DNA from: Fonticula alba ATCC 38817
Lineage: Eukaryota > Protista > Nucleariida
NCBI GenBank assembly: GCA_000388065.2
Contig: KB932206.1
DNA length: 64,000 bases
Strand: one strand, 5' to 3'
In this document: in pieces, positions 51,025-63,310 of the stretch
How positions within the stretch are numbered: the stretch's first letter is position 1
How the letters are laid out: each line of letters begins with the position of its first letter
The notes under the pieces: generated by a model
Databases searched by the model: none
Seen by the model: only the letters and a program-made list of their open reading frames with translations
What the model was told of the DNA's origin: nothing
Made by a program: the position numbers and the translations under genes

Positions 51025-51305
51025 TTGATGGGGGAAAACACCCACACCTGCAGCTCAACCCCCTGCGCGTTGGGAGCTGTGTGGCCCTTCTCGCCCGCCT
51101 CGGCGGGCCGGGCGGACCGTCCCCGTTGACCCCCCCCCCCCCCCCGCCTGCCTTGAGGCGTATTTGAGCCTCCGGTGAGAGGGGGGGCCATTGGCGCGTG
51201 GGAATAAAAAAGGAGAGCCGTATGTGGTGGTGGGGAGCATTTGTCACAGGGGACACGCCCCGGAGAGGGGGGCAACATATAGCTGTTTGTCTTTCCAATC
51301 CCCAA

Positions 51306-51376
51306 GCGTCGATGGTTTAGTGGTAGAATTGCCGCCTGCCACGCGGTAGACCCGGGTTCGATTCCCGGTCGACGCA
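51306..51376 (+). tRNA. tRNA-Gly(GCC)
   Basis: GCGTCGA/TCGACGC stem, loop CTGCCAC, TTCGA and downstream TTTT. Confidence 0.96.
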
Positions 51377-51693
51377 GACCCTCTTTTGCGCCGAATGCCA
51401 GCAAGGACAGGGCGCGGAAGCGGGAAAATTCCCCGGATCCCGGCCGTGCCTTCTTTTTTTTTTTTCTTCTGCCTGTCGACACACCGAAGGCCGCCTCGGC
51501 GATCGCTGCCTCGCCAGGGCCATCACGCGCGCCGGGCATGGCTGGCCGTGTGACCGACGTGGGAAGACCGCACTGCGCCCTCCTTCCCTCAGAGATGTCC
51601 ACACACACACACACACACACACAGGTGTAAAGAAAGCATGCGAGAGAGGGGGAGGCCCGATGTGGCCAAGTTATTGCGGGTGCCCGGAAGGGC

Positions 51694-54600
51694 CTAGGAT
51701 CCCGAGTCGAAGAGCAATCGGCCCAGCAACAGCGGAGGCAGGACGGCCTGAACGGCGACATCCGGCCGAGATGCATGCCCCTCATGGCACGGGACCCGGA
51801 GAAAGCCATTGGCCGAGGACGTGGCATCGGCCGGCGATCGAGACATCCACCAGCCTGGCTGGCGGCCGGCGTAATGCCGGCTCGGGCTGGTGCGATCCAT
51901 GCGCAGCATCGTCTGGTCGGCCAGATGGAAGAGGGCATCGTGAACATCGGCCGCGGGAACGAACCGCCGGGCACTGGCCGAGGAGCCGGGGCCGTCCGCC
52001 GGCTCGAAGGCCAGCGCACTGGCCAGCAAGTGTAGCGCCGCAAAGGCCCGAGCCGGCGATGTGAAATGCTCGACCACGGCCGCGGCATCGGCATCCCGGC
52101 GAGGGGCCGCCACACCCAGGCCGCGCAGCAGGCCCGAGCACCGAAGGCCCATGCTGCCGAAGGCATGGGGCACCTTGGCCGCGAGACCCTCCATGGTCAG
52201 GGCCTGGCCAGCGAGGATTTGCCGGTGCCCGGTGAAGAGCTGATCCGCCGGCGTCAAGCCGAAGGCATTCTCCGACAGGAGCCCCTGACGAAGGAGGGCC
52301 CAGTCCACAAGGGCAGATGGCGCGGCCGGGGCCGTGGCACTCGCCCGGCGAAGCTTCTCCACCGAGGCCCCCTCCCCGGCCAGGAGCCCCAGCAAAGTGT
52401 CGGCCATCGGGCCGAGCACATCCATGCCGACGGCGGCCGGGCCGAGAGCATGCACCGCCGGGGCCAGGCCCAGCGCCAGGATCATCTCGGCGGCCAGCGG
52501 GAACTGCGAAAAGCGCAAGGCCACATGCAGGGCGGAGTCCCACCCGCCCGGGGTCCGGTGCTCCGGGTGGAAGAGCTCCGCCCGGGCCAGCAGCACCTGC
52601 CCGGCGGTCGGCCGGCCGGTGGCGAAGCGCTCGCGCGCCAGGGCCACCGCCATCTCCCGGAGCACCCCGTGGGCATTGACCTCGATGGCCAGATGCACCG
52701 CGGTGGTGCAGGCCACCGGGTTCCAGGCGAAGAGGGCCCGGCGCAGGGCCGCCAGCCGAGCCGGGGCCGTGGCGCAGCCGGGGCCCTTGGCCATGGCCGC
52801 CAGAAGCAGGGCCGCCATGGCCGGCTGGTGTGCATGCGCCGCATGGTGCAGCGCGGTCCAGCCACGGAAGGCATCCGCCTGGTGGGGATCGGCCCCCATG
52901 TCGGCCAGCAGGCCGGCCGCCGCGTCCGCCAGGCCCAGGCGAACTGCCAGGGCCAGCGGGCTGAGGGCCACATCGCGCGTGGACACCACCGCCCGGGGCC
53001 GATCCTCCAGGCTGGCGATCGACCCCGAGGCCAGCAGGCTGTTGGGCGGGGCATGGGCATCGACCGCCATGCCGACGGCCGCCAGGGCGGCCACCTGCCC
53101 CGGGTCCAGGCAGTACGGCTCGGCGGTGAGGATTTCCCGAAGGTCCCGCAAGGCCGCCCGCGAATTGAGCATCGCCACCGCCATCAGGGACGTGGTGTAC
53201 TCGGTGTGGCCCGGCCGGCTGGAGGGCATGGCCGGGACCTTGAGCACGGTGTCCAACCGGAAGAGCGCACGCTCGACCGGGTCCGACGAGAGGAACACCT
53301 CCCGGCCGAGGGCACGCAGGACACTTCGCTCGGCGGCCGGCACCAGCTCGGCCAAGCGCCGGACATCCGGCGCCCGGCGGACCCGGAGCTCCCCGGCCGG
53401 CCGGCGCTCCAGGCGCCGGTGCCAAAAGTCGCGGAAGGCCTGCACCGGTGCCGGATCGGCCGCCAGCCACCGAGCCACAGCCACCTGCCCCAGCAGCAGG
53501 GCCACCGTCGGCAGCGGTAGCAGGCTCAGCGGGTGCCGGCTCCGGGGGCTCGGCCCAACCGGCGACCCATGGCCACTGGTCGGACCGTCGGCCCGGCAGC
53601 CAGACCCGGTGGACAAGTCCACCAGGAAGAGCATGTTGCCGGTCGACCGGGCAATCCCCTCGCCCCCGTCGGCCCGACACCGGAAGATGGCATTGGCACC
53701 GGGGCGCGTGAGGACCGTGTGCCGCCGGGAGGCAGCCACCCGGGCATCGGCCGGCATCGGCCACGCCGCAAAGTTGATCCCCCCGCCAAAGCGCCGGAGC
53801 AGCAGCAATAACACCGACCGGGGCAGCCCCATGGCCATGGCAAGGAGGAAGGGCAGGGGCCCGGCATCGGCCTCGGGGCCGGTCGCCACATTGGACATCA
53901 GGCGCTCGGTCAGCCCCATGGCCGGGCGGGGCTGCTCCATGTGGCCCTGGACCCGGGCCGCCCGACCCTCCACCCGGGTGACCGCCTCTTCCACCAGGCA
54001 GAGACCATTCAGAAGGGCAAGCACCAGCTCCAGGGCATGCGCCTCGCCCTGGGCAAGCCCGGCCGCATGGAAAAGGGTCTCATTGATGATGCTCAGGCGG
54101 ATGGGCTGACCCGGCGGCGGTGGCGGCGGCCGCGGCCGCGTCGAGCACATGCCCAGGCCGCCCAGCTGCCGGAGCAGGTCGCGCCCGAGGGCATCCCCCG
54201 GGATCGGGGCCCGCTGGTCGTCCCACTGGAGCAGGCTCGCCAGCGAGGGAACCCCATCCTCCCCCAGCTCATGGTCATTGACGTGGACAGTGGGGCCATC
54301 GAGAGCGCTCGCCAATTGGACCCTCGCGGCGGTGGTAATGGCCCCGGTGGTGGCCGTCAGCCGATGGAGGCCCAGCAGCTGGGCAGCCCCATGGCCCGGG
54401 CGACGACGGCCCTCGGGCAGGAAGGCATGCCATTGGAGGAGGGAATACATCGGGTTGATGGTGCTGAAGCGCCGGTGGCCCGGGTGCTCCGGCTCCGACA
54501 TCCCGGCCGCATGGTCGGGCTGAGGCCCATGGTCGGGCCGAGCCGCGCGCCGAGCCAGACGGTTGGCCCGGCCGGCGCGGTGGCAGGCCTCTTGCGCGGC

Positions 54601-57600
54601 TTCGGCCCGCGAAAGGGGAACCCCCATGGCAGCCATGTGCCCGGTGCCCGCCTCGCGGGCTGCCCACTCATCCAAGTATCCGGCATCCTCATCGGAGAAG
54701 TCCGACCGGTCGCCATCGCCCGGACCGGCGAACGCCGTCGCAAGCAAAGCAACATTGGGGTCGTGGCCGGGGCGCTTGGCCGCCGCCCCGGCGGCCCGCG
54801 CGGCGTCCTCCGCCGCAAGACGCACGGCCCGCCGGCTGACCTTCGGCCGGTACTGGCTGGCCAGGCGGCCCAGGAGAAGCTCCACCATGGGCCCCGGCCG
54901 GGGCAAGAATCGCACCGCCATGCGCAGGGGGGTCGTATGCGCCTGGCCATGGAGCTTGCAATCGACCAGCGCCACCCGGGCCCCATGCTTCGAGGGGTCG
55001 GTCAGGTCGGCCACCCGGTCGAGATCCCCGGCGAAGACCGCCTCAAAGAGCTCCCGATAGATGGCCTCATTGGCCGGACCGGTGACCGGGTGACCGGCCG
55101 CCCAATAGGCAACACGCAAGGGAGGGGCATCCTTGGGCGCGGATGCCGGGGCGGCCCGAGTGCCCGGGCGCGGGGGACCCCCTCGCGTGCCCGGCCGGCC
55201 GGTGGCCGTCGCCTCGCCGGTGGCACTCGCCTCCGCGAAGGCCACCATCTGCTGGAGAACCCCCGGCAATGCCTTCAACGTGGCCATGGACAAGCACCGC
55301 GCAAAGGCCTCGAGACCATGGTGGCCGGCCAGGCCGTCAGCACCTCCCGCCTCGTGGGCGATGGCCGCCTGCAGCGCCTCCACGGTGACGGCCTGGTAAA
55401 GGGCCTCCGCCTCGGCGCCGGTCAGGGACTTCCACCGGCGCCGGCCGAACTCATTGACCAACTGGCTGGCCAGTCGGGCAGGCTCGTCGAAGCCATACTG
55501 CCGTGTGCGCTTCGGCCGGGCAGCCTCGCCCACGGCTTCGGCATACATCCGGTCGAAGGAGGTGCACATGCCAAAATCATGGGCCAGCATCCGCCGCATG
55601 GCATCCAGGCGTTGGAAGGAATCCGCCCGCCGGGCGCACATGGCATCGGTCACGGCGGTCGAGGCCTGCTCCATGGCCTCGACGAGGTGCGGCTTGAGCC
55701 GGGACGCGCCGAGCACGGCCCGGCCCCCGGCCAAAGGACCCGCCCCTGCACCACCCCCGGCGGGGATGCCAAAGCGCCTGGCATCGCGATCATCGGCACG
55801 CTCACCGGCCGGCAGGCCCAGCATATAGTTGACGACGGCCAAGTCCCGAAGCAAAAGCGTGACGATGGCCCCCGGGCCCGGGCCCGCTGATGGGCCCGCC
55901 TGCTGGAGCCCCTCGTGGCGGTCAATCTCGCGCAAAATCTGCCGACGGCCCTTCATCGTGCCCAGCACCGTGCACATGCCCTCCAGGGGGAAGAGCTCCA
56001 GCAGGTCGAGCCGCCCGATGGGGGAGCGCACCCTTCGCGGGAGGCGGTCCCGCAGGCGGATCGCATTCCGCAGGAGGAATACATCATCATCATGATCCGA
56101 CAGCCGCGCGGCCGGCATGGCCAGCCCGCTGACATCCCCGATCCTCAGCCACAGCGGCGCATCGGCGGCCGGCCGCTCGTCGGTGTAGTCCTCATGGTCG
56201 GGCGGCAAGTCCAGGGCCTCGGCCAAATCGGCATCCAAATCCACCGGGGCCGCGTCGGTTCCGGTCCGCCGCCAGCCGGAGGAGTCGGGCCCCGGGGCGG
56301 CCATGGCTGCGGGCTGGCCGGCCGGGCCGGAGCATGGCCGAAGCCCCGGGCTGCTGGCAAGCACCGAGGCATGCTCATTCCGGAGGGCCTTCTTGATGGC
56401 ACGCATGGCCATGCGAATGGAGGCCACCTCGACGCCGGCCCCATTGACAGCCACCTCATTGGTGGAGGTGGTCTTCTTGAGCTCGTTATTGGAGTAGATC
56501 TGATCGACGAGGTCGAAGAGCTCCGGTGCCGCGTTCCGTAACAGCGCCAGCTGCTCGAGATCACCACCGCAGAGGGTGATCATTTGCGCGGCGGCGGCCA
56601 CCACAAAATCGGCCAAATTGCACCTGCGGTCCGCGCTGCTGGCTGCATGGGTGGCAGCAGTCGCATGCTGGGTGCCTTGTTGCTGGGGTGCGGAGTGGCT
56701 CGACGGCGGCATGCTGAAGCTGTGCGGCATCCTGGTCGGATGCACCCGCAGGGGCGTCGGCGAGGAAGAAAGCGAGAAAGCCACCGAACGACACCATAAA
56801 AAGGGCGAATGTGGGAGGAGGGGGACATTGAGATGAAAAGAAAAAAAACAGCCAACGAGTCAAAGAGACAACGAGACAGAGAGAGAGATCCATGAAAAAA
56901 AAAGACGCATGTTGATGGAGGTAGAGCGAGAGAGAGAGAGAGAGAGATGGGTCAGTTGAGGGCAGCATGAAGGACGGGAAAGGCGCCCGATGGAGTCAGG
57001 CACGCACGAGGGGACGCTTTGGAAGGTCAACTCCTCCGCCGGAGCTGCGACCGCATGAAGGATCAGTCCAAGCACCCGGGGAAGGCGGGTCATCAGTGCC
57101 AGGTGGAAGGGCTGCGTATGGAGCCTGACATGGGCGTAGGCTTGCTCCATTCCCGGTGGCCGATCCTCGGGCCAGACGCGCAGCAACAGCTCCTTCGAGG
57201 CGGCAAGGTGGGACGCCCGCACGAGGGCCGGCGCACCAAGGCGAAGCAGAGCCTCCACCGTGTGGGCGGTCATTTGCTCACGGGCGGCACGGCTCAGCCC
57301 TCCGCGCAAAATGACCGGCATGCTACGCCGGCCGAAATCCGTCGCCAATTGGTAGCCAAATCGAATGGCCAGAGCCAGGGGATTCAGCTGGCCGGTGGTG
57401 ACATGCGCGAGCACCGGGCCCAAGGCCTCGGGTGGGAAGCACTTCGCCACGAAGTCGGCCAGCAGGTCCCCGCGCAGGCGGACGGCATACACCCCCAGGA
57501 CATTCAGCTGGCTGGTCAGGAGCATGTCCACCAAGGTGGCCGGTTGGGAGCGCATGGGGCCCGGGCCGGCCGACTCGGCCCGGGCAATGGCCACCAAATC

Positions 57601-60600
57601 CACCCCCTCCACCAGCAGCCGGGCCAGGGCCACAGCCACGGCACTGTCCTCCACAAAGGCCACCAACATCAAGGGGGTCATGGCGTCTCGATCATTGCCG
57701 GCGAAGGGCAGGCAGGGGCGCGACGCGTCGGCCCCATGGGCCAAGAGCACCCGCACGCAGGCCACATGCCCGAAGAGCACGGCATAATGCAGGGGGGTCA
57801 GGTGGCCATCCCAATCTTCGCAATCCACCGAAACGAAGGCCTCGCGCATGGCGACCACGTCCTTGGGATCGGCATCGCCGGCGATCTCGGCGGAGGAGGT
57901 GCTGGCGACATGAATGTCCGGATCATCGTCGGACTCGGCCATGGCCAGCATGTCCTCAAGTTCCGAATCATCCGGGGCGAGGCCATCCTCATGCCCATCC
58001 TCATGCTCATCAGCATACTCATCATACTCATCATCATACTCATCATCATACTCATCTTCATACTCATCTTCATACTCATCTTCATACTCATACTCATACT
58101 CATACTCATCTTCATCAAATGAGCCATCAGATTCACACATGTCCTCAGACGAGCCATACCCACTGTCGGCATCTGGACCACCCTCCTTGGAGCTGCCCTC
58201 GGCGGAGGCAGCACCCCCGTCTATGCTGTGGGAATCCGCCGAGTGCCCAGCAAAGTCCCAAGCACCTGTGTCAACCGCATTCGGGGCGACCGCCCGGTGG
58301 CCCGGGCCATTGTTGAGCCGGTCCCGGGAAGGGGCAGCATGCTCGGGGCCGATGCGCGAGGCCCGGCGAATGCGGCGAGCCTCCAGCAGGAGCTCGCGCA
58401 CTTGGTGATTGTATGCCAGCATGTCGGCCAGGATGTCCGGGCGATTGTAGTGCGCCGCAAAGTGCAGCGGGGTCCGGCCATTGAAGGCGCGCTCCGAGAG
58501 GTTGGGCTGCACATGCTCCGGCAGGGACAGCTCCAGACATGGCTCCAGCTCGGCCAGCAGCCGCCGGTCCGCCTCCGCCGTCATGGGGTCCAGGCAAGTG
58601 GAATGACGCAGACGCAGGACAGCCGCCTGCAGAGACCGCAAGCCGGCATCCAACAGGGCCCGGGCCAGGGCCCGCCGGTTGGCCAGCACCGCCAGGATCA
58701 AGGGGGTCCGGCCGAGCGAATCCCGCGCGTCCAGGCGTATGCCATGGACATCGTGCAAACGCCGGGCGGCGTGGTCTCGGGCCACCACGGCCAGGGCAAG
58801 GGCCGACCGGGCGGCCGCCAGTCGATCGGCCCAGGTGGCCTCGTCGGCCTCCACCACCAGAAACCCCTCGAAGTCCAGGGACACCGTGGCGGTGGCGCTG
58901 CCGGCTTCGGCCGCCTCCACCGCGGCCAGAGCCTCGGCGAGGGCCCGATCGGCGGCCTCCTTCTCGGCGCAGGCCGCCTGCCGCTGGCGGGTGAAGCGCT
59001 CGGATGCCACATCCAGAGCCCGGCGGAAGAGGGCCATGTTGCCGGTGGCCGCCGCCGTGGCCAGCAGGTCGGTGGATTCGGGGAGCAAGGCCGGCTCGAG
59101 CCAATCGCCCTCGGTGATGGGCCGAAAGGACCCGATGGACTGGCGCCCGGGATCGTCGGCCAGGAAGACCAGCGGCCCATGGACAAAGCCCGAGGTGTGA
59201 ATGTCAAAGTCCGCCGGGAAGGCCGGGCAAAATCCACAACAATCCTCCAACACGGCGGCCATGCGCCCCACAAAGCAGGGATGGGTGTGGAAGGTCTTGC
59301 GGCGATCGAACCAGGGGGAATTCAGCATGGCGTCCTTGCCGGCCATGAGATGCTGAATGGCTCGGGCATTCCAGCTGGGCCCCCAGGGCAGGAAGACCGT
59401 GGCATAGTCCGACAAGTGGCTGATGTCGCTTCCCAGCAGCTGGTCCCGGAGAAAGGGGTCGCCGCTGAGGCGGTCTTCGATCTGCTGTCGAAGGTACCCC
59501 CCGGCCGGGGGGCTGCCGACAAGGGCGTTTCCCGGCCCGAGGGCCTCTTTGGAGGGGCTGCGCATGCGGCGAAGGCGCTGCTCATCGCGATAATTTTGGA
59601 CGGCCGCCGGGGTCCGGAGGCGCTCGAGGACCAGAAGCCGGGCCAGGCCCTGGACCCGGTCGAAAGAGCGCTCCAAAATTTGCGGATCCACCCGGGCCAA
59701 TTCGTAGAAGGGGCTCCGCACGGCAAAGCCACGGGCCGCGTACTTGGCCAGCCGGGTCTCGTAGGAGGGCGACCGCCGGGACATGTCAATGGTGTTCCGC
59801 TGGAACACCAGCGCCGCATGGGCACGGGGCAGGGCATAAACTTGCCGCCCATCGAAGGCCACACTGCAGCAGTCCACATCGAACCCCATGAGCACCTCGG
59901 CCGGGGAGGCATACCGGCGGAGGACAAGTTGCACATGGCGATAGGGGAACTGGCTGACAATGGACACGGCGTACTTCGAGCGGAAGACCAAGGTCCCATG
60001 GGGGATGGCATTGGAAATGGCCTCATATAGCTCCAGGAGCTTGGCCCGGGCGGCTTCCTCATCCAGGCCGTAGATGAAGAGGTCGATGTCGGAAGACCGG
60101 TACAGCACATTGTGGTAAAGGTACCGCTGGCGCTTGGGGGAGATGTCCTCGCCCGGGGGGGTGGCCGCGGCGCCGGTGAGCATGGGCGTGGAGGAGTCCA
60201 CCTGGAGCAATGCCCGGGCCTGGGCCACCTGCCCCGAGGCCACATCGGCATCCTCCACGAATGTGAGAGAGGTGTCCGGGTCGAAGACCGGCATGAGGCT
60301 GGCCAGGACCGCGCCGCCCGCCACGATGACATTGTCCCAATTGACATAGCGCAGGGCATTCTCCGTGAAGAGCTCCCAGTTCCGGTGGAAGGCCGCAAGG
60401 GTCCCGGCGGTGGCCGGCTGGCCGGGGCCCTTGCGAAAGCGCTGCCCCTCGGGGCACTGGGTGAACATCATGCGAAAGACCGGCCGGCCATCAGGGCCGA
60501 GGGCGCTTGCTTCGTGGGCCTCGCGTGCGACCAGCACCCCGGGCGCTTGGTCAAAGAGGGGGATCATCATCAGGTGGGGGTCTTGCAAGTCGACATGGTC

Positions 60601-60888
60601 CGGCTGCTGGGCGAAGAGGGTGCGGTAGTGGTTTTCGCGATCGACAACCGCCTGTCGAGCCGACACCCATGGGGCCAAAGGATCGGCCGAGTGTGCACCC
60701 CCCGAGGCAGAGGGAGTCGGGCACAGGGTCAGACCATGGGGGGGGGAGGGGGGGGGGGGGGGGGGCGATCTCGCGGCAGGGCGCACCTGGAAACGCTCGC
60801 CGACATCGGGCGCAGCATCCTGGTGGCCAAAGGCGGCCAGGTAGTGGGCCAGGATCTCCCGCGTGCAGGGGGACATGCCGTCCGGCAT
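51694..60888 (-). CDS. Giant uncharacterised protein (~2,900 aa): N-terminal nucleotidyltransferase-fold (GG...DxD) domain followed by several ankyrin-repeat blocks. The two track ORFs are joined by an intron.
   Basis: NVIVAGGAVLASL...SDIDLFIYG...RHVQLVLRRY...FDVDCC...RRSPSYETRLAKYAARGF. Ankyrin repeats: GRTPLILAV, GRTPLHFAAHY, LTPLHYAVLFGH, SPLALAVRLG, GWTALHHAAH, TTAVHLAIE, DSALHVALRF. The donor GTGCGT at 57007 and the acceptor CAG ending at 56624 are phase-compatible. Confidence 0.82.
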
Positions 60889-62449
60889 GGGGGCTTATCG
60901 GCTGGATCTCCGCACGGAGGCTCGGTCCGTGGCGCTTTGTCCCGTCCAGCCCGATGCTCCGGAGGGGCGTGCCGATTCCGGCCAAGCTGTGACAAGAGCC
61001 CCGACCAAAGAGAGGGGGTATCGAGACAAGGCACAACGAACCAGCTGGCCGGATCCCCCGGACAAAGGGAACAAGAAGATGCTTGTCTGTGTGCGAAGGA
61101 GAGAGGGGGAGGGAGAGAAGGGGGGGAGGGAGAGAAGGAGGGAAGGAGACTGTACTCGGGCTTCGAGAGAGACAGAGAGAGAGAGAGAGAGAGGGAGGGA
61201 GGGAGGGAGAGTGGCACCGTCTATTTCACTTGAAGGGACAAGGAGGAGAGGGAGGTTCCGATGAACTCCCCCAGATCGCACCGCCGGGCGACCTCTCGGC
61301 ACAGGGAGGGTCGAGCCGGGCGACGAGCGCATATCGGACCGGTGGGCCAGATCCTTCGGGGTCATTTTGCACAAAAGAATGGCACTGCTCCGAGTTGGAG
61401 GCGAATGGCCAAGTCCCACGGGCCCGGAGCCGGCAACAAAGGGCCAAGGAAATGGGCGGTGGCCGCGAAGTGCGAGTCAGCCGCAGGCCCGGGTACCGAG
61501 GCGAGCAAGGACAAAGAAGAGCCCGCCGGGGAACGCCCATCCCCTGCATCTGGAGGGGCACCGGAAAAAGGGGCGCTCTCCCAGGGATGGCCCTCCTCGC
61601 CGGGGGGGGGGGGGGGGCACCCGTGCGGCCCCATCGGGGAGGCTTGAGCCCCCAGAGAGAACAAGGGGCCGGGAACCGCCCGACCGGGCTGTGATGCATG
61701 CCGGAAGAGAGATGCCTTGCCGGGGGGTGGCGGCGGTGTGGGCCCGGGGGAGTGAAAAAAAAAAAGAGCCCATCCCCCGTGGAGAGCCGCGGTGGGGACG
61801 AAGCGGGATCGGGCAGGGTCCAGAGGCCCCCCCATCGATGGGACCGCAGGATTTCGAAGTTCCCACCCCGGAGGAGGTCCGCACTCCTGGCGGGCCCACG
61901 GCCTTCACACGGCCGCTCAGTCGCGCCATCACCCCGAAAAACGGGCCGAGAGTCTAGACCGCGGCCAGATGCCGAGCAGAAGCGGCCATTTCGTCGGGGG
62001 GCGACACTGTGTGCCGGGGCGCAGGCGCATCCCCCCCCCCCGGCATGCTTGCGTGCAAATATGCACCATGGAGCACACAAGCAGAGACCAGTCCAGGGAT
62101 ATATGGATTCAAGAATACAAATAAACAAATACACCCTTTTTCGGGCACACGCCTGCAGACACACACGGAAAAAGGGCAACTAGCCGCGGAACAGCCCGGC
62201 ACACGACAGACAATCCTGGATGCGCCAATCGCCCACGGCTGGGGGGGGGGGGGGAACAAGAATCCGATGGGCGCGCGCCCCTCCCCGCGGTCCCGGTGGT
62301 CGGCCCCTTTCGGTGGTTGGCCTCGACCCATGCCCGGCAAAAGAAAGGTGGCGCAGCGGCAAACCATAGTCCCATCCCGAGCATCCTGCCAGGGTGGGGG
62401 GGGGGGCGACTAAAGCGAGTGCAATCAGCCCCCATGGGCAAAATATATG

Positions 62450-62521
62450 TGCTCATTGGGTGGATCGAACACCCGACCTCCAGTTTACTAGACTGGCGCT
62501 CTACCACTGAGCTAAACGAGC
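62450..62521 (-). tRNA. tRNA-Thr(AGT)
   Basis: GCTCGTT/AATGAGC stem, anticodon loop CTAGTAA, TTCGA. Confidence 0.95.
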
Positions 62522-63099
62522 CAGGGTGGTGGCATCACCCACCCAGGGGTCTTAAGTTTGTTGTGGCTTTCGCGCCTGCCACCGTGAAGATGCTGCCGAA
62601 CCGAGGCTGGCATCTCCCGTGCGTGTTGATAGCGCGATCCGCGAGAGGGCGCCGGTGCCTGGCGTGCCGAGACCATGCCCACCCCCCAGAGGGACGCTCA
62701 CGCGGCAAAGGCCCTGACACCTTCTCTGGCGCGGACCGGCAAGAACCCCCGCCTCCGCTCGGAAGCCCGGATGAAGCATGAGAGCACAGCCCCGCTACCT
62801 GCCTGCCCCACCTTCATCTGCGCAGAGAGGCCCCCCCGCTTCGCACCTGTATTCCAACCACCGACGGCGGGACCGGTCTGCTCTCCGTCTCGGCCTCCTC
62901 GCCACACACACACGCACACACACACACACACACTGGCCGAGGAGAATGTGCCTCCACATCGGTGGGGTATGGGATTGTGCCCTGTTTTTGTAGCCCTGGC
63001 GCGGCGCACCTCGACCTTTGCATGCAAGGCAGCCGGATGGCCAGCGACAGGGGACCCAGGAGTTTCAGTTATATGCCTTTGATCCGGCCTCCCTTCCGT

Positions 63100-63181
63100 A
63101 TCACCGTGTCCGAGTGGTTAAGGAGTCCGATTAGAAATCGGATGGGCTCTGCCCGCGTAGGTTCAAATCCTGCCGGTGATG
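63100..63181 (+). tRNA. tRNA-Ser(AGA), identical to the copy at 49140-49221
   Basis: Same 82-nt sequence; oligo-T terminator at ~63193-63198. Confidence 0.95.
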
Positions 63182-63238
63182 AATATCCTTCCTTTTTTCC
63201 TGGCCGAGGAAACAGACCATGGAGGGGAAAAATAAATG

Positions 63239-63310
63239 TGTGGATACCCAGAATCGAACTGGGGCCGAGTGGGCCACAACCACTTATACTAACCACTATA
63301 CGATATCCAC
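63239..63310 (-). tRNA. tRNA-His(GTG)
   Basis: GTGGATA/TATCCAC stem, loop TTGTGGC, TTCGA and an oligo-T terminator. Confidence 0.94.

Noticed and set aside
34000-60100. Long plus-strand ORFs antisense to the kinase and ankyrin genes (e.g. 38336-40084, 52334-54109, 53941-55890, 58228-60030)
   Set aside because: These are shadow ORFs from high GC3 in real genes on the opposite strand, with no motifs.
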